Below, piece by piece: positions 55,174 through 64,000 of a stretch of DNA of 64,000 nt (position 1 is the stretch's first letter; each line of letters opens with the position of its first letter). A program made the position numbers and the translations under genes. Source of the DNA: Candidatus Magasanikiibacteriota bacterium (lineage in GTDB: Bacteria; Patescibacteriota; Patescibacteriia; Magasanikbacterales; UBA922); contig JBAYJP010000002.1 in the NCBI GenBank assembly GCA_041665025.1, forward strand, positions 691-64,690. Direction: 5' to 3'. The notes below the pieces were generated by a model. The model made no database searches and was not told the DNA's origin. It saw nothing but the letters and a program-made list of their open reading frames with translations.

Positions 55174-55980
55174 ATGGACAAATCACAATACATTCAAATT
55201 ACAAAAATAGTAAATGAAAATCCCCAAGTAAAGACATTTTACTTTAATTTTAAATTGCAAAGCAAACCCGGCCAATTTGTCATGCTCTGGATTCCGGGCA
55301 TTGACCAAAAACCATTCTCAATTGCATATGACGATGGCGCACAATTTGGCCTCACTATTTTCAACCGCGGACCATTGACACAAAAACTATTTGAAATGAA
55401 TGTCGGAGATAGAGTAGGTATTGTGGGTCCTTATGGCACTTCATTTTCTCAAAAACCAAACATTCACTACATTATGGTTGCCGGTGGATATGGTGCTGCG
55501 CCGTTAGGATTTCTAGCGGAACAGTTACAACAATACGATAATATAACAGTTGATTTCCTCATTGGTGCGCGTACTAAAGATTTACTTTTATTTGAAGGAC
55601 GAATATTAAAAATTCCAAATACAAAATTACACATTGCAACTGACGATGGCAGTATAGGACACCACGGTTATATTACGGACTTACTCAAAAATATTATCTG
55701 TGAAATCAGTGACAAAAAATCTGCGGCAGTTGTCACCTGCGGCCCTGAACTCATGGAAAAGAAAGTCCTCGACATTTGCAATGAGTTTGATGTACCATGC
55801 GAGGTGAGCATTGAGCGATATATGAAGTGCGGTTATGGTGTCTGTGGCCAATGTGTCGTAGATGACTTGGGAATTTGCATGTGTACACATGGACCAGTGG
55901 TAAATAGTGAACTAGCAAACAAACTAATTGAATTTGGGAAATATCATCGGGAGAAGAGTGGTATTGCCACGAATTTTTAA
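55174..55980 (+). CDS. pyrK: Dihydroorotate dehydrogenase electron-transfer subunit
   Basis: The C-terminal 2Fe-2S motif CGYGVCGQC...CMC. Confidence 0.85.
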   Translation: MDKSQYIQITKIVNENPQVKTFYFNFKLQSKPGQFVMLWIPGIDQKPFSIAYDDGAQFGLTIFNRGPLTQKLFEMNVGDRVGIVGPYGTSFSQKPNIHYIMVAGGYGAAPLGFLAEQLQQYDNITVDFLIGARTKDLLLFEGRILKIPNTKLHIATDDGSIGHHGYITDLLKNIICEISDKKSAAVVTCGPELMEKKVLDICNEFDVPCEVSIERYMKCGYGVCGQCVVDDLGICMCTHGPVVNSELANKLIEFGKYHREKSGIATNF

Positions 55981-56025
55981 ATAAGCACGTTTATAAGTTT
56001 AAACATAGTTACTAAAGGCCAACAT

Positions 56026-56922
56026 ATGAGAAGAATGATTGAGCTTAATAGGGAGGGAATTGCGACACGCAACGGGGGCGCAGAATCATTTCAACATACT
56101 GAAATAGACCCTAAAACAGGAAAAAGATTTTTAATTAAAAATCTTTGCGTAGATGAGCATGGTTTTGCAAACCAACGCGAAGAAAACGCCGACACAAGAC
56201 TCCTAACTTCTACAGAAGGCTTCAATTATGGAATAAAAGAAGAATTGGAACGCCATTATACTAAATTGGTCGCCTGTTATGGAGAGTATATTGTTAAACA
56301 AAGGATAAAGAGAAAAATCAGCCGCAAAGATAGATTTGAAATTGAGCAAGAATTTTTAAAACTTGCCAAACCAGCTGATATTTTTGAATATGATACCGGC
56401 ATGTTAAGTGAGAAGACACTTGGACAGTTGGAAGATTTACTAAAAAAATTAAAGGGAGTGTATGCCTATTTTCAGGGCTTGATGACAAGTTTTCAAGTAC
56501 CCATAATGGACCCTAAAATAAATGGATATAGCAGGTCTATGCTAGTCCCTTTAGATTTACGAGGTAGCGGAAATTTGTGTGTAACGAAAAATGGAGATAT
56601 ACGATACATAGACACCGGTCTCAAAATTTCTTCTTTTGATGAGCCTTTTTTCAAATATAACCAACATGAGTTTTTCCGTCAGGTAGCCGCACGTATAGCA
56701 GCCCTTGAGTGTGTCCTTGGTCGAAAACCGCCTGAATTTTTAGATGAACCTGTCTACAGAAAGCTAGCAACGTATTGCAGAGAAGATGGTATCAGTGAAC
56801 TTTGGACAAAATTGCAAACACAGTCGTCTGAGGAGTGCAAAAGATTACTTATGGATTTGGAAAAACATACCAAAAAAAAGGAAACATCCTTTAAACACTT
56901 TGAAGAGATGTGGCTTAATTAA
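56026..56922 (+). CDS. Hypothetical 298-aa protein inserted between pyrK and pyrE
   Basis: No confident domain. LDLRGSGNLCVTKNGDIRYIDTG is weakly reminiscent of an atypical-kinase catalytic loop. Confidence 0.45.
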   Translation: MRRMIELNREGIATRNGGAESFQHTEIDPKTGKRFLIKNLCVDEHGFANQREENADTRLLTSTEGFNYGIKEELERHYTKLVACYGEYIVKQRIKRKISRKDRFEIEQEFLKLAKPADIFEYDTGMLSEKTLGQLEDLLKKLKGVYAYFQGLMTSFQVPIMDPKINGYSRSMLVPLDLRGSGNLCVTKNGDIRYIDTGLKISSFDEPFFKYNQHEFFRQVAARIAALECVLGRKPPEFLDEPVYRKLATYCREDGISELWTKLQTQSSEECKRLLMDLEKHTKKKETSFKHFEEMWLN

Positions 56923-56953
56923 TACTTAAATTAATCCCTTTAAATCAACCAAT

Positions 56954-57559
56954 ATGAGCCACACAACCCTCATCTCAAAACTTTTCGAAATAAACGCTAT
57001 CAAATTTGGCGAATTTAAACTCAAAACTGGTTCTCTATCCCCCATTTACATTGATCTCCGTGTTACTATTTCATATCCAGACGTCCTCAAAATGGTGGCT
57101 GAAGCTATGTGGGATAAAGTAAAAAACCTAGAGTTTGATATAATTTGTGGAGTACCTTATACTGCCTTGCCTATTGCTACAGCCATATCGCTAGAACACA
57201 ATAAACCCATGATCATGCGCAGAAAAGAAGTAAAAGACTATGGCACGCGTAAAGCGATAGAAGGTGCATTTCAGCCCGGGCAACACGTGCTCGTGGTAGA
57301 AGACTTAGTTACCAGCGGGTCAAGTGTATTTGAAACAATTGAACCATTAGAATTAGAACAATTAAAAGTTAAGGACATTGTAGTTCTTTTAGATCGTGAA
57401 CAGGGTGGAAAAGAAAATATTAATTCACGCGGTTGCAATCTACATTCAGTTCTAACCATGTCTGTTTTACTTGATACCTTACGAAACGAAAAGAAGATTG
57501 ATCAAGCTATGTTTGATAAGGTGCAAGAATATATAAAAAGTACACAAGTTAAAAAATAA
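56954..57559 (+). CDS. pyrE: Orotate phosphoribosyltransferase
   Basis: PRPP-binding motif VLVVEDLVTSGSS. Confidence 0.9.
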   Translation: MSHTTLISKLFEINAIKFGEFKLKTGSLSPIYIDLRVTISYPDVLKMVAEAMWDKVKNLEFDIICGVPYTALPIATAISLEHNKPMIMRRKEVKDYGTRKAIEGAFQPGQHVLVVEDLVTSGSSVFETIEPLELEQLKVKDIVVLLDREQGGKENINSRGCNLHSVLTMSVLLDTLRNEKKIDQAMFDKVQEYIKSTQVKK

Positions 57560-57604
57560 TATCCAATATTAAAATATCCCAATATCCTAATATCTAAATA
57601 TTTT

Positions 57605-58372
57605 ATGTCATCCTATTCAGAACGTGCCAAACAATGTTCAAATCCTACAGCTATTCGTCTGTTAAATCTCATGGACTCAAAACAATCTAACCTCGCCATT
57701 GCCACTGATGTTATTACCAAAGCAGAACTTTTAAAAATAGCAGATGAACTCGGTCCAGAAATTTGCATTTTGAAGACTCACATAGATATTGTAGAAGATT
57801 TTGATGATAATTTGATTATTCAATTGCAACGACTTTCAGAACAGCACAACTTTTTATTGTTTGAAGATAGAAAATTTGCAGACATTGGCAACACGGTCAT
57901 GCACCAATATCAAGATGGCATATACCATATCGCTGACTGGGCGCACATAACCAATGCCCATACTGTCCCAGGTCCAGGCATTATTGACGGCCTTAAAGAA
58001 GTAGGTCTCCGAAAAGGACGGGGGCTTTTACTTCTGGCTGAAATGAGTTCAAAAGGAACTCTCGCACAAGGTGAATATACACAAAAAACACTGGAAATGG
58101 CACAGGCAAACAAAGACTTTGTAATCGGCTTTATCACGATGAAAAAATTACTCGATGACCCATGTTTTATCAATATGACGCCAGGAGTTAAACTAGCGAC
58201 AGGCAGTGATTCACTTGGGCAACAATACAATACCCCTGAAAAAGTTATTGGAGAAAATGGAAGTGATATTATCATTGTCGGACGGGGCATTTACGAAGCA
58301 TCTGACCCTGTTGCAGAAGCACGAAAATATAGAGAGGCAGGGTGGAAGGCGTATGAATCACGTAACACGTAA
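57605..58372 (+). CDS. pyrF: Orotidine 5'-phosphate decarboxylase
   Basis: The motif [11 protein letters not shown]. Confidence 0.9.
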   Translation: MSSYSERAKQCSNPTAIRLLNLMDSKQSNLAIATDVITKAELLKIADELGPEICILKTHIDIVEDFDDNLIIQLQRLSEQHNFLLFEDRKFADIGNTVMHQYQDGIYHIADWAHITNAHTVPGPGIIDGLKEVGLRKGRGLLLLAEMSSKGTLAQGEYTQKTLEMAQANKDFVIGFITMKKLLDDPCFINMTPGVKLATGSDSLGQQYNTPEKVIGENGSDIIIVGRGIYEASDPVAEARKYREAGWKAYESRNT

Positions 58373-58379
58373 CACATAA

Positions 58380-58452
58380 CAAAAATAAACTCCTATCCGG
58401 GAGTTTATTTGATACGTGATACGTGATACGTGATACGTGATACGTGTTATGT
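58380..58452. repeat. Bidirectional terminator hairpin flanked by acgtaacacataac and a 4x gatacgt tandem
   Basis: cgtaacacgtaacacataac - aaaaataaactcctatccgggagtttattt - gatacgtgatacgtgatacgtgatacgtgttatgtg. Confidence 0.6.
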
Positions 58453-58453
58453 G

Positions 58454-59164
58454 CTAACTGAGTTTATCAACTATCTTCTTCATATCTTTTGAGTCAGCTG
58501 TGCTAATTGTTCCTTTTTTTCGCGCTTGTTCAACCTCTATTTTCATACGCTTACGGTCACCATACAAATATCCTGTACCAGTACGGCGTGCTCCAGCATG
58601 CTTTTGGACAATATCTCCCAAAACTTTTCTATCTGCCTTTGAAATATTTTTAAATGACGCGGGATTTTTACGAACCATCTTCCCAAACGTTTTATCAAAA
58701 CCTCCCCTAATCTTTCTACTAAATGAAACGCCGGTACCCATATTGAGCGTATATTTTTTATCATCTGGAGAAATAGTTTTTGCAGCCGCGGCCTGTTGAG
58801 TCTGTCTTTCTTTCGCCATTTTGCGTATATACTGATAACGCAATCTATCACGAACTTCCTGATCTGAACCAAGATCCTCGCTCTGCGAAGTGGAAACCCC
58901 CGGATGTGATATAGACGTTGTTGGCCCAGTATTTTGTGACCCTACTCGAGTAATTGAAGAGGTGGCGGGGGTACTAGCCGCCTGCCCCACATGTGTTATA
59001 GATGTCTTTGCTTGTTCACGATCAATTTTCTGTTGCAATTTCATCGTAGACAAATCTTGGGCATGCAAAGAAACCGACGGCTTTAGAGACGAACCAGAGC
59101 TTGAAGATGGAATGGAAGACAGTGGAAGAGGATTGATAGACATAAAATAAATAATTACAGCCAC
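58454..59164 (-). CDS. Hypothetical protein with a Ser/Thr-rich N-terminus and a basic C-terminal region
   Basis: No known domain. Confidence 0.45.
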   Translation of the reverse strand: MAVIIYFMSINPLPLSSIPSSSSGSSLKPSVSLHAQDLSTMKLQQKIDREQAKTSITHVGQAASTPATSSITRVGSQNTGPTTSISHPGVSTSQSEDLGSDQEVRDRLRYQYIRKMAKERQTQQAAAAKTISPDDKKYTLNMGTGVSFSRKIRGGFDKTFGKMVRKNPASFKNISKADRKVLGDIVQKHAGARRTGTGYLYGDRKRMKIEVEQARKKGTISTADSKDMKKIVDKLS

Positions 59165-59309
59165 CTTATCTACAACTCAAAAGTCAAATCTCAAAGCTCA
59201 AACTTAAAACTGAAAATGGTAAATTAGAAAGTTTTGATTTTTAAAATATAGATTTGAATCTTGACTTTTAAGTTTTGAGTTGAATATTCATGAATTAGAT
59301 AGCTACACA

Positions 59310-60251
59310 TTAGGTACCCAAGAATTCTTCGACCAACTTCTGTGCTTCATCATATGTAGCACACCACTTAATTCTCTGATCCCGACGAAACCACGTGAGC
59401 TGACGTTTGGCATAGTGTCTGGTGTCTCTTTTTAAATTTTCTATGGCCTCATCAAGTTCTCCATTATTTTCTAAATGTTCTTTAAACTGTCGGTACCCTA
59501 TACCACTCATGCTCGGCAAATGCCATGTATATTTTTGCCGCAAAAGATTACGCACCTCTTCTACCAACCCTTCTTTAATCATAATATCGACTCGCCTTTC
59601 AATTCTCTCATACAACACATCTCGAGGGACATCAATGCCTATTTGCAAAATATCAAAAAGAGGTTCACCTTTTTTTTGTTGTCCTGAAAAAGGTTCTCCG
59701 CTCAAAATACAAACTTCAAGCGCGCGCACAATGCGCCTCTTGTTGTTTGGGTCAACTGTTTCCGCGGTTTTAGGATCCAAATTTTTAAGCCATGCTAATA
59801 ACTCCTCAAGACTTTTTTCTTCAAAACTATCACGCAATTTTTTATTTGGCGGTACACGCGGAATTTCTAAATTATCTACCAGCGAATGTATGTATAAACC
59901 CGTACCACCCACCACAAAAGGTATGCGTTGCGCCTTATGTGATGCCTTAACGTGTTTAACAGCTTCATCTCTAAATTCAGCAACTGTAAAAGATTTTCCT
60001 GGATCTAAAAAGTCTACTAAATAATGAGGAATATCTTCAACATAGTATACTTTTCGTAGACCACTTCTGCGCCATTCTCCAGGGACTTTTGCAGTCCCAA
60101 TAGTCATTTTTTGATAAATCTGCCGTGAATCAGCAGAAATAATTTCTCCGTTATGCTTTTTTGCCAATCGTAAACCCCAATCGGTCTTGCCACAGGTCGT
60201 AGCCCCGAGCAACACCACTAATTTAGGGAATTGTTCAGTCTGGATACCCAT
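59310..60251 (-). CDS. miaA: tRNA dimethylallyltransferase
   Basis: P-loop GATTCGKT...ISADSRQIY. The start was set at MGIQTEQ. Confidence 0.9.
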   Translation of the reverse strand: MGIQTEQFPKLVVLLGATTCGKTDWGLRLAKKHNGEIISADSRQIYQKMTIGTAKVPGEWRRSGLRKVYYVEDIPHYLVDFLDPGKSFTVAEFRDEAVKHVKASHKAQRIPFVVGGTGLYIHSLVDNLEIPRVPPNKKLRDSFEEKSLEELLAWLKNLDPKTAETVDPNNKRRIVRALEVCILSGEPFSGQQKKGEPLFDILQIGIDVPRDVLYERIERRVDIMIKEGLVEEVRNLLRQKYTWHLPSMSGIGYRQFKEHLENNGELDEAIENLKRDTRHYAKRQLTWFRRDQRIKWCATYDEAQKLVEEFLGT

Positions 60252-60300
60252 AAAACTTAGATAACTTAGCAAACTTAATTACTTAGTCAACTTACCATTA

Positions 60301-61626
60301 TTATACCACGTCCCCCTCCAAAATCCATGTGCTTGGGGAAGTTATTTTTACGGTCTGGATAGTCCCCACAAGAGATCTATCGCCTTTAAAACGGCACAAT
60401 TTCATCTCCCTGCTATTCCCCATACAGTATTCTTTGTTCCATTGATCAACAAAAATCTCTAATTTCCCCCCGTCGTAAACCTTATTTTTTCGTGCGGTAA
60501 CATCTTCCATAAGTTCTTGCAAGGCGTCCCAACGTCTCTTCTTCTCTTGTTTGGTGACATCGTCCTTAAATGCTTTTGCGGCAGGCGTACCAGGGCGCAC
60601 TGAATACTGCGCATTGTATGAAATGTCAAAATCACATGCGCGATATAGCGACAGGGTGTCTTCAAAATCCTTTTCTGTTTCTCCGCTAAATCCAACAATG
60701 ATATCAGTTCCAATTGCGATATCTGGTTTCTTATTACGGATTTTTTTTATGGTTTCCAGATAAAATTCCCGGTTATGTCTTCTGTTCATTCGTTTTAAAA
60801 CATCCGAACTCCCTGACTGCACCGGCAAATGGATATAATTCACTTGTTTTGGCAGTGTAAGTGCATCAATCACTTCATCATCCATATACAATGGATGCGC
60901 CGCAGTGAAATGAATTCGCTCAATGTCATCAATTTGATTTATTTCCCATAACAATTTTGCAAAATCATTTTCTTTATATGGATTATTAACACTAAAATTC
61001 TCTGGATCAGAGGCACTCCAATGATTTACAATCTGTCCGAGTAATGTAATTTCTTTACATCCAGAAGATGCCAAACTTTTTGCTTCGTCCAAAATATCTT
61101 TCAAAGATCTATTTCGTTCAAGTCCACGTGCAGATGGTACCACACAATAGGTACAAAAATGATTGCACCCGGTCTGAATCGTAACAAAAGCTTGAAATCT
61201 ATTGCTATGTGCTGGTTTTACCGACAAATAATCTTCGTGCAGATCTATAGGACGCAAGTTTGGGTTCAATTCACTGAGCCATTGTGGTAGCATGACCATG
61301 TCTTTTGTGGGAAAATATAAATCCACACCATGCAATCGAGATTTCATCGCCTGCTTTGCATCCCGGCCTGGCATACACCCAGTTATTCCGACAACAAGAT
61401 GTGGTTTTTCTTCTTTAAGCCTCAAAAATGTTTCTGCATATCCAAAAATTCTATTTTCTGCAGTTTCACGCACTGAACAGGTATTCAAAAGTATGACATC
61501 TGCACTCTCCATCTTTTCTGTAGACTTTAAACCCATGGACTGCAAAATAGACTCTATGCGCTCTGAGTCGTTCTTATTCATTTGGCAACCAAACGTAAGT
61601 ATATGATAATAATATTGCTTTTTCAT
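60301..61626 (-). CDS. miaB: tRNA-i6A37 methylthiotransferase
   Basis: An N-terminal FGCQMN cysteine motif and a radical-SAM CNHFCTYC. The start was set at MKKQYYY. Confidence 0.9.
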   Translation of the reverse strand: MKKQYYYHILTFGCQMNKNDSERIESILQSMGLKSTEKMESADVILLNTCSVRETAENRIFGYAETFLRLKEEKPHLVVGITGCMPGRDAKQAMKSRLHGVDLYFPTKDMVMLPQWLSELNPNLRPIDLHEDYLSVKPAHSNRFQAFVTIQTGCNHFCTYCVVPSARGLERNRSLKDILDEAKSLASSGCKEITLLGQIVNHWSASDPENFSVNNPYKENDFAKLLWEINQIDDIERIHFTAAHPLYMDDEVIDALTLPKQVNYIHLPVQSGSSDVLKRMNRRHNREFYLETIKKIRNKKPDIAIGTDIIVGFSGETEKDFEDTLSLYRACDFDISYNAQYSVRPGTPAAKAFKDDVTKQEKKRRWDALQELMEDVTARKNKVYDGGKLEIFVDQWNKEYCMGNSREMKLCRFKGDRSLVGTIQTVKITSPSTWILEGDVV

Positions 61627-61738
61627 ATAAAAAGGACTGGTAGTATACAAAAATATGCTAAAAAATCAAGATTTTGATTGACAAAAGCACATAAATATGG
61701 TATTATTACTTCTATTAACCCAATCTTAATACATATAT

Positions 61739-62926
61739 ATGACTCTTAGAGAATCAAAGCAATATGAGCCTAACGGAAGTCTCCACAGAGTTGACTCAGA
61801 TTTACGAAATGGTAAAGATTTGCGCACAAAAAAACCACCATCGCACGCACGTGCCAGAACAAGACCTGGTGAAGTGTATGACTTGCAACCAAGACTTAAA
61901 TCCGGCTTGGACAAAAATCGATTAGATTCTCGATATATTATTACCTATAAAAATGGAAAAGTTGAAACTGGATTGAGTAGAGAAGAGGTAGAATTAGAAC
62001 AACGAGGCGGCCTTGTCGAAACAGTAAGTTTAGAACATAACCCATTGGAATCAGGGGTAGACTATCAAACATTGGCACAAGCGGCAGATCAGACTCCCGC
62101 AAACGGCAAAGATATAAGAAATAGACTTGCATCTCCTTTGTTACCAACTGGAGAGTTAAAAGGTTATCAAGCATTGGCACAAGCGACAGACTTAGACAAA
62201 AACCCGAGAATCGGCAAGGACGTCAGGAACAAACTTAATGCTTCTTTACCAGAGGCGGAGGTTAGTTACCAAACATTGGCACAAGCGGCAGATCAGACTC
62301 CCGCAAACGGCAAAGATATAAGAAATAGACTTGCTAAATCTTCTCTGTTACCAACCGAGGAATTAGAGGGCTATGATGCGCTGGCGCAGGCAACAGAAAA
62401 AGTTGAAAATCATCGCACGGCTATACTGCGAGCAGAAATTGCAAAAGCTCAGCAAGGAGAAAACCCTAAAATAGGAATCTCTAATATTTCTATTGAAAAT
62501 GATGTTTTATCTAAAGCCGTTCACCAGTATAGAACTGACAGGACAAAACGTAAGGAACAGCAAAATCCCGAAGCTGTCAAAGCTGATATTATTAATACTG
62601 TTCTAAATTATGGATCAAAAACTGTTATTCCACCGGGATGGGAAAAAGAATATAAACAGATTTTAACTGGACATTATCAAACTCTCGATCAAGCATATCG
62701 TGAAGCTGCACAAAAAGTGCAGGAAGAAAAACAATCTATGGGATTTCTTGCTCGATTAAAAAATCGTCTCATAAGCACTGATGCCGAAAAAGCTGCAGAG
62801 ACTGCGAAACAAGAAGCAGTAAAATTTTATCAAATACTTGTAGAATTAAAACTAGCTACGCCTTTAGATGGAGAAAAAGTTGTACGATCCCTACAGCCCC
62901 CACACGTAAATAAATTTATGAGATAA
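61739..62926 (+). CDS. Hypothetical protein with internal ~35-40 aa repeats
   Basis: An identical 68-nt DNA segment at 62052-62119 and 62265-62332 encodes YQTLAQAADQTPANGKDIRNRLA. More diverged copies follow. Confidence 0.5.
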   Translation: MTLRESKQYEPNGSLHRVDSDLRNGKDLRTKKPPSHARARTRPGEVYDLQPRLKSGLDKNRLDSRYIITYKNGKVETGLSREEVELEQRGGLVETVSLEHNPLESGVDYQTLAQAADQTPANGKDIRNRLASPLLPTGELKGYQALAQATDLDKNPRIGKDVRNKLNASLPEAEVSYQTLAQAADQTPANGKDIRNRLAKSSLLPTEELEGYDALAQATEKVENHRTAILRAEIAKAQQGENPKIGISNISIENDVLSKAVHQYRTDRTKRKEQQNPEAVKADIINTVLNYGSKTVIPPGWEKEYKQILTGHYQTLDQAYREAAQKVQEEKQSMGFLARLKNRLISTDAEKAAETAKQEAVKFYQILVELKLATPLDGEKVVRSLQPPHVNKFMR

Positions 62927-62963
62927 TATGCTACGCACCCCTACGAAAAGGGGTGTTTTACTT

Positions 62964-63722
62964 ATGGCTCTTGTTCGCCTCCAAAAACACATCGCTGACC
63001 TCGGAATTTGTTCTCGCCGCAAGGCAGAGGAGCTTATTGTCGCGGGAAAAGTGAAAGTAAATGAAATTGTAGTTGCTAAATTAGGAACAAAAGTTGATCC
63101 AGAATATGATGAGATTATAGTAAATGGAGAAAAGATTAAAAGATTAAAAGATTCGAAGATTAAAAATTTTGTATATGTGGCGTTGAATAAACCAGTGGAC
63201 TACATTACCTCGACTACCGACGAACAAGGTGCTTCGGTTCTAGATCTCATAATACCTCAAAATCATTTCAAACCAATAGACGATGCATCAAAAAAGCTTA
63301 TCCAGTCCGTCCGTCTATACCCTGTTGGACGTTTGGATAAGGATTCAGAAGGGTTAATACTACTTACCAATGACGGTGAATTAACCAACAGGCTCACCCA
63401 CCCTCGCTACGAACATGAAAAAGAATATGAAGTGATTATAGATAGCATTTTGAGCAAAGACGCCAAGAATATTTTACAAAAAGGAATGACGATTGAGGGT
63501 GAATCGTTGCAAGGTATTCAGATTATAAAAGAATTTAATAAAGGAAGAGTTACCATCATTACCGTCATTTTGAAAGAAGGGAAAAATAGACAAATTAGAA
63601 AAATGTTTGGACGACTGGGGTATCATATGGTATCATTAAAACGAACACGTATTGGCAAACTAAATCTAGGGGTATTGCCCATAGGCAGATGGAAATTTGT
63701 AAAAAAAGAACATATTATTTAA
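62964..63722 (+). CDS. Pseudouridine synthase of the RsuA/RluB family with an S4 domain
   Basis: The motif VGRLDKDSEGLILLTNDG. The start was set at MALVRLQKH. Confidence 0.85.
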   Translation: MALVRLQKHIADLGICSRRKAEELIVAGKVKVNEIVVAKLGTKVDPEYDEIIVNGEKIKRLKDSKIKNFVYVALNKPVDYITSTTDEQGASVLDLIIPQNHFKPIDDASKKLIQSVRLYPVGRLDKDSEGLILLTNDGELTNRLTHPRYEHEKEYEVIIDSILSKDAKNILQKGMTIEGESLQGIQIIKEFNKGRVTIITVILKEGKNRQIRKMFGRLGYHMVSLKRTRIGKLNLGVLPIGRWKFVKKEHII

Positions 63723-63747
63723 TTTTTATAATCTAACGAAAAATAAT

Positions 63748-64000
63748 ATGGTGAGATTAGAAACTGGAACGCAATTTATAGATGACGATAAAGATTTACC
63801 ATTTTATACAGAAGAAGAGCTAGAAAATAGAAGGCAAATACAACGTCTGACAGATGCGGCCCAAAACTTGGAAACTGCATTTGCACAACAAGATGCGCGC
63901 GAAGTACATCTAGAAGATGATGAATTAGCCACTAGACGTGCTCAGAGGGAATTAGATGCTGTACATGATGACGGGGATAACGAAGATTTGGTGGATTGGG
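63748..64000 (+). CDS. Partial ORF, hypothetical; continues beyond the window end
   Basis: Open frame from ATG 63748 (MVRLETGTQFIDDDKDLPFY...) to the edge. Confidence 0.3.
   Translation, partial: MVRLETGTQFIDDDKDLPFYTEEELENRRQIQRLTDAAQNLETAFAQQDAREVHLEDDELATRRAQRELDAVHDDGDNEDLVDW

Overview
The window reads as an AT-rich, small-gene bacterial genome, possibly a Patescibacteria/CPR-like organism; that lineage call is an inference and not verified. It uses the standard genetic code: TGA ends prfA, and TAG/TAA end gyrB and other housekeeping genes.

Main content:
- The 5' ~2.6 kb of a 23S rRNA gene on the minus strand. No 16S is adjacent, and the 23S appears to carry roughly 450 nt of extra sequence, including one obvious AT-rich inserted hairpin.
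- tRNA-Leu(UAG).
- Translation and housekeeping genes: pnp, rpsO, tsf, rpsB, rpmE, prfA, prmC, rplY, ftsW/rodA, gyrB, secE, nusG, rplK, rplA, gatB, pdxST, guaB, purAB, miaAB and an rluB-like pseudouridine synthase.
- A dTMP-synthesis cluster: dCMP deaminase, an NMP-kinase-like protein, dut, thyA, folA and tmk.
- A nearly complete de novo pyrimidine operon (pyrBI, pyrC, pyrD/K, pyrE, pyrF) with a candidate leader-peptide attenuator upstream of pyrB. Embedded in it are a SpeH-like pyruvoyl decarboxylase, two ornithine-carbamoyltransferase-family paralogs and a class II aspartase/fumarase.

Most unusual observations:
- A 4.3 kb segment next to tRNA-Leu is bounded by identical 33-nt direct repeats. 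It holds two paralogous proteins with a PEP-utilizing swivel (phosphohistidine) domain, one of them fused to an HTH domain, plus a sharply GC-rich two-gene module.
- A second GC-rich two-gene islet (21.6-22.4 kb) and a GC-rich Cys-rich mini-gene (27.16 kb) each carry strong Shine-Dalgarno sites.
- A dispersed short repeat (AAGATTSAAGATTGAAGAYT) occurs in intergenic spacers and also in-frame inside prmC (three times), pyrC and the pseudouridine synthase. This parallels the Rickettsia palindromic elements.
- Many intergenic spacers are built from inverted arrays of short tandem oligomers that differ from locus to locus.
- Conserved operons are interrupted: two membrane enzymes sit between prfA and prmC, ldh sits between rplK and rplA, and a hypothetical gene sits between pyrK and pyrE.

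No CRISPR array, integrase or transposase was seen.
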